Position numbers and translations under genes: made by a program. Below, one piece after another: positions 38,833 through 48,643 of a stretch of DNA of 64,000 nt. Location of the stretch: positions 32,312 through 96,311 of the forward strand of contig JAJZPB010000001.1 in assembly GCA_021811365.1 (NCBI GenBank), in the 5' to 3' direction. Within the stretch, counting starts at the first letter, position 1. Every line of letters begins with the position of its first letter. Origin of the DNA: a bacterium. Its GTDB lineage: Bacteria > Patescibacteriota > Minisyncoccia > Phycocordibacterales > Phycocordibacteraceae. The notes under the pieces are model-generated. The model was given only the letters and a program-made list of their open reading frames with translations. It ran no database searches and had not been told where the DNA came from.

Positions 38833-39951
38833 TCAAATAGCAGGGTCTCTTTTTAGTACGACCCTCTTCTTCCCATTCGAGGCAATAGAAGCTACCTTTC
38901 TCGCAACGAGCGGTACAAATATGCCGGCCTCTATGAGCTGACTCAGCGTACGAGTCTTCGTTACAAAAAGCGAATCAGCAAGATACTTTCCAATCTCCGT
39001 CTCAGTCGACGCGGCACTGCGGGGTACAAAATCAAAAACAGCTTTTCCAGATAGTTTTCCGTCGTGGAGAATTTCTCCAACGCGGAGCTGATACTCAACG
39101 AGTGTACCCGCGAGAGGCTCAAGAACTCGCTCGAGCTCTTCTCGCAAGAAAAGAGCTCCGAGAATCGGTACTATGTCAAAATCTTTGCGTCCGTAGAGTA
39201 GTAACGTAGGCTGTTTCCCACAAGGGCAAGGGTTTGTATCGAGCTTACCTAGGTCGCCAGTGCGGTAGTTTTCGAGTTCAGTCGTCGTAGCAATGATTTC
39301 TCCTACACCTTCCTCGTCTGGTTCTGCGATTGCTAAAACCGTCTCCGAGTCCTCGAGAAGGTGGTAGCGTTCCTCATTTTCTGTCTCCAAGCACTGAGCA
39401 GTGGGATAAATAACCTCCGAAAGGGTGTACCCGCCTTGTATGGTCGCGTCAGGAAATAATGCTCGAAGGTGTTTTTTTTGCGTCGAAGTGCAGAGCTCGG
39501 CCATGGTCTGTATCAGACGTATATTTTTTAGTACGGAGGAACTAGTTTTAAAAAGCGTCTCGCCGAAACGCAGCGCTCGAGACGGTGTGGCGCGTATTGT
39601 GTGCGGTTCATACTCGTTCATAATAAAAGGCAGATTCTTCTCTTCAAGGTCGCGTTCGTCAAGTGTTAGGTACATTTCTATTGAGCTTGATGTAAGCGCT
39701 CGGCGAATAACATGTAGTGCGGCGAGGTTATTTAGCGGTAAACGAACATGCCTACCGAGATTTGCAATCCATATGTCATGTGTTTCCCCGCCTGGTTTGT
39801 CAGGCCGAAACAACGCGACGAGCGTTGGAAGGCCGGTAGTCGTTCCGCTCGAGACGGCCATGTGGATGTGCTGAGTAGACGGATCTCCGGGCGTATATCG
39901 CTCGATGCCGTAAATGCGTTTCGCCAGGTCCTTTTTTGTTAAGTAGTGCAT
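38833..39951 (-). CDS. phenylacetate-CoA ligase (PaaK/CapK)-like adenylating enzyme
   Basis: SSGTTTG P-loop, GYTLSE, NYRTGDLG, CPCG, GRKD. Confidence 0.8.
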   Translation of the reverse strand: MHYLTKKDLAKRIYGIERYTPGDPSTQHIHMAVSSGTTTGLPTLVALFRPDKPGGETHDIWIANLGRHVRLPLNNLAALHVIRRALTSSSIEMYLTLDERDLEEKNLPFIMNEYEPHTIRATPSRALRFGETLFKTSSSVLKNIRLIQTMAELCTSTQKKHLRALFPDATIQGGYTLSEVIYPTAQCLETENEERYHLLEDSETVLAIAEPDEEGVGEIIATTTELENYRTGDLGKLDTNPCPCGKQPTLLLYGRKDFDIVPILGALFLREELERVLEPLAGTLVEYQLRVGEILHDGKLSGKAVFDFVPRSAASTETEIGKYLADSLFVTKTRTLSQLIEAGIFVPLVARKVASIASNGKKRVVLKRDPAI

Positions 39952-39958
39952 ATTCTTC

Positions 39959-40762
39959 CTATGAAGTAGACGCGAGTTCGAATGCGCGAGTCCCTTTGCA
40001 GGAGCAGTCCTTTTCGAGAAATCGCACCGTGAGTCCTGGACGGTAGTTAATAATTGGCGTCGGCAGCATGTGCGTGCGCGTGACCGTCAAGTCAGTGGTG
40101 GTATCAACAACGTAGTTTTCCGATTCGTGGAAAACGATCTTTTGCCCGGCAAGTGCTACGGGGCAGGCGTACGCGATTCCTCCCGTTTCCGGCAGTCCGA
40201 GCACGAGGTGTATCTGCGTGGAAGGGAAAGTGCGTATAAGCAAAGGAAGGTTAAAAGTGATATCGACAACAGTTACGTAAGCAGTTTTGGTTGTGTCGTA
40301 GTGACGCGCCAAGGCCGTAGCCGTTTTCTCTATAGTTGCCGAGTCTGCGACGATTGAGTCCACTTCGTACCGCTGTGCAAGCATACCGGTAATGTCCTCG
40401 TCTTTGTCGGCGATGATTGGCAAGATATTTCTGGTTGTACACCACAGTGCCTTCTCAAGACATTCGTGGATAGAAGCAAAGGCTACGAGAGGTCGATTGC
40501 CAAGATCCCCATACTCTTCTCGTCCAATATCCGATAGGTGTCGACCAATTAAAAAAGGCCTCTCGTTGTAGTAAGCGACTTTCGCTAGAAGGTTGTCTGT
40601 ACGATAGAGCCGACGAGCGAAGGGAGTATTTGCGTATTGTTCTCGTTTTAGCGGTGGGAGCTCATTACGGGGAGTCCGAGAGTTCTCAGTATTCCAGACA
40701 GAACGATAAAAGTCCGACGCAGTCTCTTCAAAGACAAGCCTTTCAATCGGTGTAGGACTCAT
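39959..40762 (-). CDS. degenerate PaaK/CapK-like protein
   Basis: FYR..W, LPPLKRE, LGLPETGGIAYAC, PIINYR, CSC; lacks the TSGTTG loop and the C-terminal domain. Confidence 0.6.
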   Translation of the reverse strand: MSPTPIERLVFEETASDFYRSVWNTENSRTPRNELPPLKREQYANTPFARRLYRTDNLLAKVAYYNERPFLIGRHLSDIGREEYGDLGNRPLVAFASIHECLEKALWCTTRNILPIIADKDEDITGMLAQRYEVDSIVADSATIEKTATALARHYDTTKTAYVTVVDITFNLPLLIRTFPSTQIHLVLGLPETGGIAYACPVALAGQKIVFHESENYVVDTTTDLTVTRTHMLPTPIINYRPGLTVRFLEKDCSCKGTRAFELASTS

Positions 40763-40773
40763 AAAGCAGCCTT

Positions 40774-41607
40774 CTAACTAAGTTTTGCCGGAGCGTGCAA
40801 CCACTGAATTATCGAGTGCCGATTTTTTCGATTCGTCTGGAACGTATGCATGGAACGAAGGCTGGTCTGAAAAGCGAAAAGAGTGTTGTTTATGGGTGGG
40901 ACGACTTTCAGTCGTGTGGCGCGGTCCGCAGAATATACGCCAGTCTCGCCACCATCGCCCTCGTGCCACCCGTCATTCAGTAGATAGAAAAGTATCGCAA
41001 TAGCCTGGAATGGTGCGGCTCCTTGCTTTGAGCTGCGTGTCAGGTCAGTATAGCTTTGTGAAATGGAGGTGAGTGGCTTATACCCGATAACGCCATTCGA
41101 CAAGGGGACAGAGATCGCCGGGGACCGTTCAATATGGTCGTGGTGTACCGACCCGGTCTTATCGCCGGCTGGATGGTAATGAAATACCACCTTCGTTTCA
41201 GTAGTCGTACATTGATTGAATAACTTTGAGAAGAAAAGATTCCACTCAATGCTGTAAAAAATGCTGAGCGGATGCCTCGGATCTACGGTCGGTTGTGGCG
41301 AGTGCGTATAGCCGTCATACGCTATATCAAACGCATGAAAGCCGTCGAGAGTGTAGTCTCGCTTGTCGTGTAAGCCTCCTCGCATTGCTTCAGTGAAAAC
41401 AGAACAAAGGTTTTCATATGCCGTGGGCTTAAAAAAGTCAGGGATGACAACGTGCGGATATGGATCAGACATGATGCACACGTCGTATTTCCGCACGTTC
41501 GTAACCTCATCCAAATCAACGTTTTCGCGCGAGTGCAGGATTGACTTATGTACCTTGATTTGTGCCTTTCGGAAGCGGTCGTATAAGGTCATAGACGCAG
41601 TATACAA
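40774..41607 (-). CDS. 2OG-Fe(II) oxygenase
   Basis: PYPHVVIPDFF, VHHD (HxD), GDGGETG, SMH, NR..R.SI. Confidence 0.85.
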   Translation of the reverse strand: MYTASMTLYDRFRKAQIKVHKSILHSRENVDLDEVTNVRKYDVCIMSDPYPHVVIPDFFKPTAYENLCSVFTEAMRGGLHDKRDYTLDGFHAFDIAYDGYTHSPQPTVDPRHPLSIFYSIEWNLFFSKLFNQCTTTETKVVFHYHPAGDKTGSVHHDHIERSPAISVPLSNGVIGYKPLTSISQSYTDLTRSSKQGAAPFQAIAILFYLLNDGWHEGDGGETGVYSADRATRLKVVPPINNTLFAFQTSLRSMHTFQTNRKNRHSIIQWLHAPAKLS

Positions 41608-41629
41608 TGTCTATTCAGACTGTAAGTAT

Positions 41630-42343
41630 CTAACAAAATTTGATAGAGTACACCGCTTGTTCGTTATTCGGGTCGATTGCGAGCATGTCTGAGACGATAC
41701 TGTCTTTGAAACCGGCCATAGGCCGTGCATTTATATTGTGCGCCGCCGCTAGTAGTAGCATGTTTTGCGCCACGTGACCTGCCTCAAGTAGGGCAAGGTT
41801 GTACGCAAAGTCGCCATATTTAGTAGCACTACGTTCCCACACAGCGGTGAAGACGATAGCAGCAGCAGCGGGACTAACCGCCTCGTCTTCAGGATAGAAA
41901 AATAGATCATTCACGCCGGCATGCACTGGCAGTTCCCAAAGACGCTCGAGGGCGTGAGTTTTCGGGTGGTAATGAAAGACGCTTGGAGAAAAGCTGTCAA
42001 CCTGACCGAACAGGTACGTTTCGATAGGATAGAGCGCTCCGCCGGAAGGGTAGGGACGCGTTTTGTCAGCGCGCATGCGTGCCGCCTGGAAAAGAAAACT
42101 CACGTCATTAAGTGAAAAAGATGTAAGGGGCGCATGTTTATTTTCCGAAGAGCGCAGAGAAAGTGCTTCGACAAGGCTCGCTGTGTTACTCACCGCACTT
42201 TCTGGAAGCGTAATCCGTTCCATGCGCGGATACTCTTTATGTTGCCAACGTATTGCGTCCTGCACAAGCGTCGCTGCTCCTCGACCAACTAGTAGTGCGT
42301 GGCGCAGGTCTGTATGTAGGCGAGAAATAAGGTGGCGTCTCAT
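41630..42343 (-). CDS. SagB/ThcOx-family FMN-dependent dehydrogenase
   Basis: RPYPSGGALYPIETY, FHYHP..HAL, KYGDFAY, EAGHVAQN. Confidence 0.92.
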   Translation of the reverse strand: MRRHLISRLHTDLRHALLVGRGAATLVQDAIRWQHKEYPRMERITLPESAVSNTASLVEALSLRSSENKHAPLTSFSLNDVSFLFQAARMRADKTRPYPSGGALYPIETYLFGQVDSFSPSVFHYHPKTHALERLWELPVHAGVNDLFFYPEDEAVSPAAAAIVFTAVWERSATKYGDFAYNLALLEAGHVAQNMLLLAAAHNINARPMAGFKDSIVSDMLAIDPNNEQAVYSIKFC

Positions 42344-42347
42344 AGAG

Positions 42348-43778
42348 CTACGCAAATGGATGGGGCTCTTCACTGGAGTGCGCCTCCTTTTCAACAAGAT
42401 AGCCAAATTGCTTAGGTATTTCGTTCACGCGAAGGCCATCTACGGGACGATTTTTTTCCTTCAAGTAAAGCGGCTGTAGTTCAGGTATGATGACTCGTTC
42501 TAGATGCCATGGAGTTGGATTGCCTTCGGACTTCGTCAATGAAACAGAAACGCACTCATAGCCTTTCTCTCGACACCACGAGACAATGCGCGCAAGATGT
42601 TCTTCGTCAGTATCGGATTCCCAGGATTCGGCCGTAAGGTTTACGGTCGGCCCGGCTGTCAAAAAAGCAAGACCTTTAGCCCTATTGTGTTTTGTCCAGT
42701 AGCGGAGACGGTCAAAGTGGCCAATGTCGGCAATTTGCTCTTGAACTTCCTTGGGTGTTTCGTTTTCCATTGCGCGGATATCAGGTCGGATGCGTAGCGC
42801 TTCAAGTAGAGCGCCTTCTGCTGCTTGCGCAGGATCGCGATGCGCTTTTAGGCCGAGTGACATATTTGGCGTCATTCCGGATTCGTCTTCCAAGACTACA
42901 GCTAGCGCGTATGTCGGTGCGTCGGTCAGCATGCGAATCACCTGTGGTATCAGCCGGTAGCGCACGCAAAGCTTCATGAGTCGCGAAAGAGAAGCACTGC
43001 GGAGAGCAAGTTGTTCAACGTTTATACGAGGCAAGATGAGTCGATTGAGCCAGAGAATCATGTACGCATCGCGTTCGATAGCCTCAAGAGCTCCTTGGAG
43101 TATGGCCGCTTCCTTCGTCTTTCCACCCGCGCAGCCATTTGTATTTTGTTCCCGCAAAAGCGGCTCATTGAGCGAAGTTAGTACGCCTGGGTTCCCACTC
43201 ACGAGTTGCGCGGGAACCCATAACGGGCGTTTTGAGATGAGTGAGTCACCCCGAATCCACAGGAATTTTTGTTCCGGAGAGGACTTTTGCGGGAGTCCTA
43301 CAAGACGTTCGAGATCTAGCGCGGCAACCCTCTTGCGCCGCATACTCTCAGCCGTCGCTTTTTTTTGAGCGGCAAAGTAGTCGACCCGACTTGCCCACAC
43401 ATGCCGTTCCACTGCCTCGGCTAGCGCTGTAGTGAGTGCTACTCGCTCGTTGTCGAAAGAAATTCCCGAGGCTATAAGGTTCTCACGAACGGCGTAATCA
43501 CGAACACAAGAAGCCGACCAGATGTAGAGCGGCGGTTCATCTGGTAAGGACTCAGTGAGCTGTATTGTTTGGATGACGCCCGCAGCATGCAACGTCTCCG
43601 CAACCGAAAAAAGATCCAAAAGTTCCGGTTTTTGGAAGGGGATAACAGCTCTGTCATACACAACTCGAGCATGTAGACGACGCTCGAGAAAACGAATGAA
43701 TGAGGAAACAGCCTCCTTTTGGATGCTTGATACACCAGACCTACTCCATATTTCCTCGAATGGTATAGCGTCGAACAT
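42348..43778 (-). CDS. YcaO-family cyclodehydratase
   Basis: ALAEAVER, NTNGCAGG, LEAIERDA, ALLEA, C-terminal EPHPFA. Confidence 0.93.
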   Translation of the reverse strand: MFDAIPFEEIWSRSGVSSIQKEAVSSFIRFLERRLHARVVYDRAVIPFQKPELLDLFSVAETLHAAGVIQTIQLTESLPDEPPLYIWSASCVRDYAVRENLIASGISFDNERVALTTALAEAVERHVWASRVDYFAAQKKATAESMRRKRVAALDLERLVGLPQKSSPEQKFLWIRGDSLISKRPLWVPAQLVSGNPGVLTSLNEPLLREQNTNGCAGGKTKEAAILQGALEAIERDAYMILWLNRLILPRINVEQLALRSASLSRLMKLCVRYRLIPQVIRMLTDAPTYALAVVLEDESGMTPNMSLGLKAHRDPAQAAEGALLEALRIRPDIRAMENETPKEVQEQIADIGHFDRLRYWTKHNRAKGLAFLTAGPTVNLTAESWESDTDEEHLARIVSWCREKGYECVSVSLTKSEGNPTPWHLERVIIPELQPLYLKEKNRPVDGLRVNEIPKQFGYLVEKEAHSSEEPHPFA

Positions 43779-43931
43779 TTCATTTTTTATGCTAGCAGTG
43801 TTTAACGACGAGTCAATGTACAAAAAAGTACACAATAGCGGTTATGAAGGTTATCCACAAAACTAACAGACACAGCGCGTCGCCAGACAGGCAGTCTGCT
43901 CTATACTAAGAATTAGTTATAATATTATTTT

Positions 43932-44222
43932 ATGGCAACGATTTTAAAAAAGAATATGCGAGCTGGGCATTCATTTCTCAAGGGGACAGGTTCGCTACTG
44001 CTAGCCGTAGTTGGATTTTTCATGATTTTTTTTGGACCCGGAACGGTGTCGACGGGGAAGTCCAACACGTTCTTGAGCATGATGGACTTCAACGTAGCTC
44101 ATGCGGATACGAATACCTGCGGCCAAACATGCTATACCACCTACGTTAAAGGTGGTGGCTCCTCTTCAAGCTATTGCACGTCGACTTGCACCGTTGGTGG
44201 TTCATCGTGCGCCTGTAGTTAA
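43932..44222 (+). CDS. putative RiPP precursor (TM leader plus Cys/Ser/Thr/Gly-rich core)
   Basis: Divergent from ycaO; core after VAHA is DTNTCGQTCYTTYVKGGGSSSSYCTSTCTVGGSSCACS. Confidence 0.75.
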   Translation: MATILKKNMRAGHSFLKGTGSLLLAVVGFFMIFFGPGTVSTGKSNTFLSMMDFNVAHADTNTCGQTCYTTYVKGGGSSSSYCTSTCTVGGSSCACS

Positions 44223-44255
44223 CGGATAAAGCGTTGTTTATGTTACATCAACACA

Positions 44256-45347
44256 ATGAGCGGCGTATATAATGGCAAGCGTATAATTTATGCTTCCGCA
44301 ATTATCGTTGCGGTGGCGTTGGTGATTGCGGCTGGAATTTTATTGTACGTACGTTACGAGCATCGTATACGGTTCAATCATCTTATTTTGCAGGCCGAGT
44401 CTTCTTATCATGAATATAACTATGATACTGCGATTACGGCTGCGTCAGATGCTATTTCATTTGCTCCAACAAGGGCTGACGCCGACCTAGCCAAATACTA
44501 TGTTGCCGCCTCGCTTTATAATAGAGGGAACAGTAAAGACACCGTCACTAGCATAACGCTTCTTAAGTCAATTATCGCTGACCCAGCAGCAAGCGCACAG
44601 CTCAAGAGTTCTGCCTATATCAGGCTCGGTTTGCTGTACTCCCCATCAGGAGTTAATAGTTCGCTCAACAAGCTGGTATTCAGCGGACCTCCGTACAGCG
44701 ATTATCTGGCGAGCGCCAAGGGGAACATGGGTAAAGCGACGCTATCGCTGTATGAGAAGGCAAATGAATTGTATCCATCGGCAGCGGCAAATTACGCCAT
44801 TGCAGCATCGCAAGCAATGGGGATTTACACGCAAGGGATAAACGTCAAGGACCCAACCCAGCTGCAGGTTGCCCAAGCGGTCCAAAGGACGGTTGCTAAC
44901 GGCGACGCGCTATTGGCGGCTGGATCGTCGACCCTCGCGCAACTGCCGCAACTTTACATGTTACGTTCTTTTGCACTCAGCACGGCTTCGTATTATGTAC
45001 CCGAAATATCCCCGCAAATTGTTGATAGTTCCTACGAACATGCGTTATCGCTCATGAACGCAGCCAGTACGAGTATATCCTACCTAAAGCTGACTACCGT
45101 CATGCTTAACTTGACTTATGCAGCCTCCCTAGTCGAAAGAGAACCCGGAGCCCAAAATACAAAAATTAGCAGCCTGCTTTCAGACTTTTTAAATGAGACG
45201 AACGCATTTCCGACTCTTCTCCCGCAAAATGTACTCGCGATTCGCGCTTATAAGCCAGGAACCCCTATTCTCGACGCGATTCCAAAACTTGCAAAACTCT
45301 ATCCACCCTTTGCTGCGTACTTAGTTCAAATAGGCTGGAATAAATAA
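44256..45347 (+). CDS. membrane-anchored TPR-like protein
   Basis: N-terminal TM followed by helical repeats (YDTAI..A, AYIRLGLLY, YEKANELYP). Confidence 0.7.
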   Translation: MSGVYNGKRIIYASAIIVAVALVIAAGILLYVRYEHRIRFNHLILQAESSYHEYNYDTAITAASDAISFAPTRADADLAKYYVAASLYNRGNSKDTVTSITLLKSIIADPAASAQLKSSAYIRLGLLYSPSGVNSSLNKLVFSGPPYSDYLASAKGNMGKATLSLYEKANELYPSAAANYAIAASQAMGIYTQGINVKDPTQLQVAQAVQRTVANGDALLAAGSSTLAQLPQLYMLRSFALSTASYYVPEISPQIVDSSYEHALSLMNAASTSISYLKLTTVMLNLTYAASLVEREPGAQNTKISSLLSDFLNETNAFPTLLPQNVLAIRAYKPGTPILDAIPKLAKLYPPFAAYLVQIGWNK

Positions 45348-45370
45348 AACGCGAGCAGTTTGTTCTTATG

Positions 45371-46756
45371 CTACAGGAGAGGAACAAACATTCTCATTTT
45401 TCCCTCAGATCCCGCTCCCCATAGTGCTGGGTATTCAAATATGATGGATAGTTCGGTACCGATGTGTTTATAAAGTTCATTAGAAAAGCGACTCTCAAAA
45501 GATTGTTTATCACCGTGCCGTAACTTAACTCGAATTACCAACTGGCCAAGCGTCGGTTGCATGATTTGATAAAACTCGATTTCGTCAAAAAAAAGTGGAA
45601 GCAGAAAGCGATTTATCTGGCGAAAAGGCGCTATTTTTCCGCTCGGGAAGCGAATGAAGTCCATCTGTTTTCCTGAGAAGGCAAGAAGAGGCAGCGTGCG
45701 GCCGCAAGGACACTTTTCAGGTACGATTCGACCACGATCACCGATGTGATACCTGAGAAGCGGAAGGGCGCGATTCTCAAGGGAGGTTAGTGTGATCAGT
45801 CCCTCTTCGCCGTCGGGAAGGCGTCTACCTTGTTCATCAGTTATTTCTAGAAACAGGCGCTCGGCGTGAACGTGGTAATGATGCCGCAGCTTTGGACACT
45901 CGATAGCTATCTGCCCGACCTCGGTACTTCCGTAGGTTGCTACCACAGGACAACCGAGGACTTTTTCCGCATACTCACGCGAATCGTCGTCAAGACGCTG
46001 GCCTCCGGCTACGACTAGTTGAAATGGTAGTTTTTGACGCGACTCAGCGAGCTTTTTTGCAAATAGGAGAAGATTTGTTGGGTAAATGTACAATACTCGA
46101 TACCGTCCCGTCGTTATCTGGTCAAGTAGATTTTGAAATGCCTGATCAGCATTAGTTTCAACAGGACTCCAGTTACAGGCCACAGACGGCTGTGCCGTGG
46201 TTGGTCCGGTAAAGCTAGCTATGAATGGACGTCTCCCATCTCTTTTTGGTGAAATGCCGTGCCATACGAGGATGCGATGAAAATATGAGGCGGACTCGAC
46301 GAAGCTTGTATTTCTGTCGCCGCCCCACTCGAACGGTGCGCCGGTCGTACCAGAGGTGCGAAACAACACAAGACGTTCCCGGTCTTTAAATGCCGGCGCA
46401 AGAAGTTCCGCTCGAGAAGTATTCGTAAACGACTGTTTGGAAACTGGGGGTAAGCGCTCCAAAACAGACAGAGCCGTCAGTGACTCCCTTTGTATTCCTG
46501 CGCCCTCCAGCCGGTCTCGCCACCAGGGAATGGTTTCAGCAATTCGTAGTATCTTTTTGAGCCGAAGCAGTTGCAGCTCGTGCATGAGAGACGGGTCGGC
46601 GTATTCGGTTTCGGGCAAAAGGTTTCGATAAGCATTGGTGACGAATTCGTGCCGATACCCATACAGGGAGCGGTAGGGTTGCAAAAATTCCGCTACTGCC
46701 CGCACCACCATGCGTTTTTTTTCGTTTCGGGTGGGGTTAAAAATTTTACGTTTCAT
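45371..46756 (-). CDS. CapK/phenylacetate-CoA ligase family protein
   Basis: RTSGTTG, YGSTEVG.IAIEC, PLLRYHIGD, CPCGR. Confidence 0.88.
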   Translation of the reverse strand: MKRKIFNPTRNEKKRMVVRAVAEFLQPYRSLYGYRHEFVTNAYRNLLPETEYADPSLMHELQLLRLKKILRIAETIPWWRDRLEGAGIQRESLTALSVLERLPPVSKQSFTNTSRAELLAPAFKDRERLVLFRTSGTTGAPFEWGGDRNTSFVESASYFHRILVWHGISPKRDGRRPFIASFTGPTTAQPSVACNWSPVETNADQAFQNLLDQITTGRYRVLYIYPTNLLLFAKKLAESRQKLPFQLVVAGGQRLDDDSREYAEKVLGCPVVATYGSTEVGQIAIECPKLRHHYHVHAERLFLEITDEQGRRLPDGEEGLITLTSLENRALPLLRYHIGDRGRIVPEKCPCGRTLPLLAFSGKQMDFIRFPSGKIAPFRQINRFLLPLFFDEIEFYQIMQPTLGQLVIRVKLRHGDKQSFESRFSNELYKHIGTELSIIFEYPALWGAGSEGKMRMFVPLL

Positions 46757-46818
46757 CTGCGACTTCGCGTAAGTGTAATACCAGAAACGTGTCGTGTACA
46801 ATGTAAGCACCTGCACCT

Positions 46819-47613
46819 ATGAGACGCGAATGCAAAGAGCCAAAGTTTTCATATGTCATCTGTACTACTCCGCGTTCAGGTAGCACCCTCCTTACCACGA
46901 CGCTTGGGCAAACCGGGGTGGCAGGGAAACCTGATGAATCAATCACGCTTTCTTTTCGAGAGGAGGTGCGCCGCGCCAAACAGCTTGGTACGCAAGACTT
47001 TCGTGAGTATATCGAGAGAGCAATTACTGCCTCCACAACGGAAAATGGCGTTTTCGGAACCAAACTCCACGCGTTTCAGACGATGGCATTTCTTACGAGG
47101 ATTTCCGAGTTTCGGAGTGAGCCCATTGTTTCTCTACAGGCCGCTTTTAATAGGCAATTTCCGAACACGCGTTATATTTTTCTGACCCGTGGCGAAAAGG
47201 TTAAACAAGCGATATCGTATTACCGAGCGCTCATGACCGACGAGTGGCACCGCTTGTCGAAAACGGGAGAAATCGAACGTGTCGCTGGTCCAATTTCGTT
47301 TGACCAGTACGGTATAAAAAAAAGTCTTGCGTTTATCGAACGCTCTGACGCGTATTGGGAGAGCTACTTTAAAGCGCATAAGCTTTCGCCACTGCGATTG
47401 ACTTACGAAGAGCTGGTTGGGTCGTATGAGAGCTCGATACGGCGCGTTCTTGACTTCCTCGGACTTCCTGCCGATGTCTCTGTACCGGGGCAGGTTGTAC
47501 AAAAAATGGGTGACGAACGCGCTATCGCCTGGGAAAAGGAGTTTTTGTCGCTCGAAAAAGTCGCCCCTGCAACTGTGTCAATCCTTAGCGACATATTGCT
47601 TGCGCCGTACTAG
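46819..47613 (+). CDS. Stf0-family sulfotransferase
   Basis: YVICTTPRSGSTLL (5'-PSB), FGTKLH, LTR...QAIS (3'-PB), LTYEEL. Confidence 0.88.
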   Translation: MRRECKEPKFSYVICTTPRSGSTLLTTTLGQTGVAGKPDESITLSFREEVRRAKQLGTQDFREYIERAITASTTENGVFGTKLHAFQTMAFLTRISEFRSEPIVSLQAAFNRQFPNTRYIFLTRGEKVKQAISYYRALMTDEWHRLSKTGEIERVAGPISFDQYGIKKSLAFIERSDAYWESYFKAHKLSPLRLTYEELVGSYESSIRRVLDFLGLPADVSVPGQVVQKMGDERAIAWEKEFLSLEKVAPATVSILSDILLAPY

Positions 47614-47689
47614 TGGCGGTTACACAGAAAGTCCTCCTTATCAGTTAACGGCTACCTCTGAAGACTAGGTGCTATAGTTAAAGCGCATT

Positions 47690-48529
47690 TTGACCATGTG
47701 GACAGAACGTCGTAACCATAAATATATAGCGAGCGCTGTCTTATTTGTTGTCGCGGTAATGGTTGCCTGGGTGGCTACAGTCGTTCCGTCAACAAGCATA
47801 TATCGCACGCTGGTACGGACGGTGTGGAGTCATGGCTATCCTGGAATAGCTTACGAACTTAATCAGACCGACCCGACGCTCGCCATGGCCGTCGGTAACT
47901 ACTATTTCGGCGGCGGGCAGTACAATCTTACAAGGGCGATAGACTCTTTTCAGCTTGCTGTTCGGTTGGATCCAACCATACTTTGGGGACACTACCAGCT
48001 TGCGCGCATCTATTTCGTGCAGTCACACTTTGATCGGGCGCTGAGCGAGATTAACGCGGAACTTGTAGCGAATCCCGCAAACCTCCGCTCCCTGTACGTT
48101 AGGGGGCTTATCTACATGTATCGTGGACGCACGGGTGACTTGAGTCTTGCCGCAACTGATTTCGAGCATTTTATTCCTTGGGCGCCTACTGAGTGGGCTG
48201 GCTACAATGACTTAGCATTCGTCCTTGCGGAGGAAGGGGAGTATGCGGCATCGGAAAACATATTGCAGGAAGCTTTTATCCACGTTCCAAATGCTAATAA
48301 GAATCCATGGATTTGGAACGGTATTGGTCTCGACCAGTTAAATGAGCATCACTATGCTGCCGCAAAGAGCTCTTTCAAACAGGCGGCGATGTTCGCAAAG
48401 ACGCTTACGCTCACCGACTGGCAAAACGCCTACTCCGCTGACAATCCCGCCGCTGACGCCTCCAGCATCGCGACGTTCCAGAAAGCGATTGCGGAAAATT
48501 TGCAGATAGCAACCGCAAAAATGAATTGA
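47690..48529 (+). CDS. membrane-anchored tetratricopeptide repeat protein
   Basis: TM followed by TPRs (HYQLARIYF, YVRGLIY, YNDLAFVL, WNGIG). Confidence 0.8.
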   Translation: MTMWTERRNHKYIASAVLFVVAVMVAWVATVVPSTSIYRTLVRTVWSHGYPGIAYELNQTDPTLAMAVGNYYFGGGQYNLTRAIDSFQLAVRLDPTILWGHYQLARIYFVQSHFDRALSEINAELVANPANLRSLYVRGLIYMYRGRTGDLSLAATDFEHFIPWAPTEWAGYNDLAFVLAEEGEYAASENILQEAFIHVPNANKNPWIWNGIGLDQLNEHHYAAAKSSFKQAAMFAKTLTLTDWQNAYSADNPAADASSIATFQKAIAENLQIATAKMN

Positions 48530-48643
48530 TTTTTGCATAGTGGCGAGCGGGATGGCCCCCCCACAGTCGTCCTAAAAGTTCTCCACACAGGTGACTAGTA
48601 CAAAAGAACACCATCAATCCTTTACAGTATACTGAGCACACGT

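Noticed and set aside
42348-43778. Thiopeptide, thioamitide or bottromycin assignment
   Set aside because: There is no lanthipeptide dehydratase or pyridine synthase, no TfuA and no radical SAM gene in the window.
43851-43859. Replication origin suggested by DnaA boxes
   Set aside because: The boxes are isolated, with no cluster and no dnaA/dnaN nearby.
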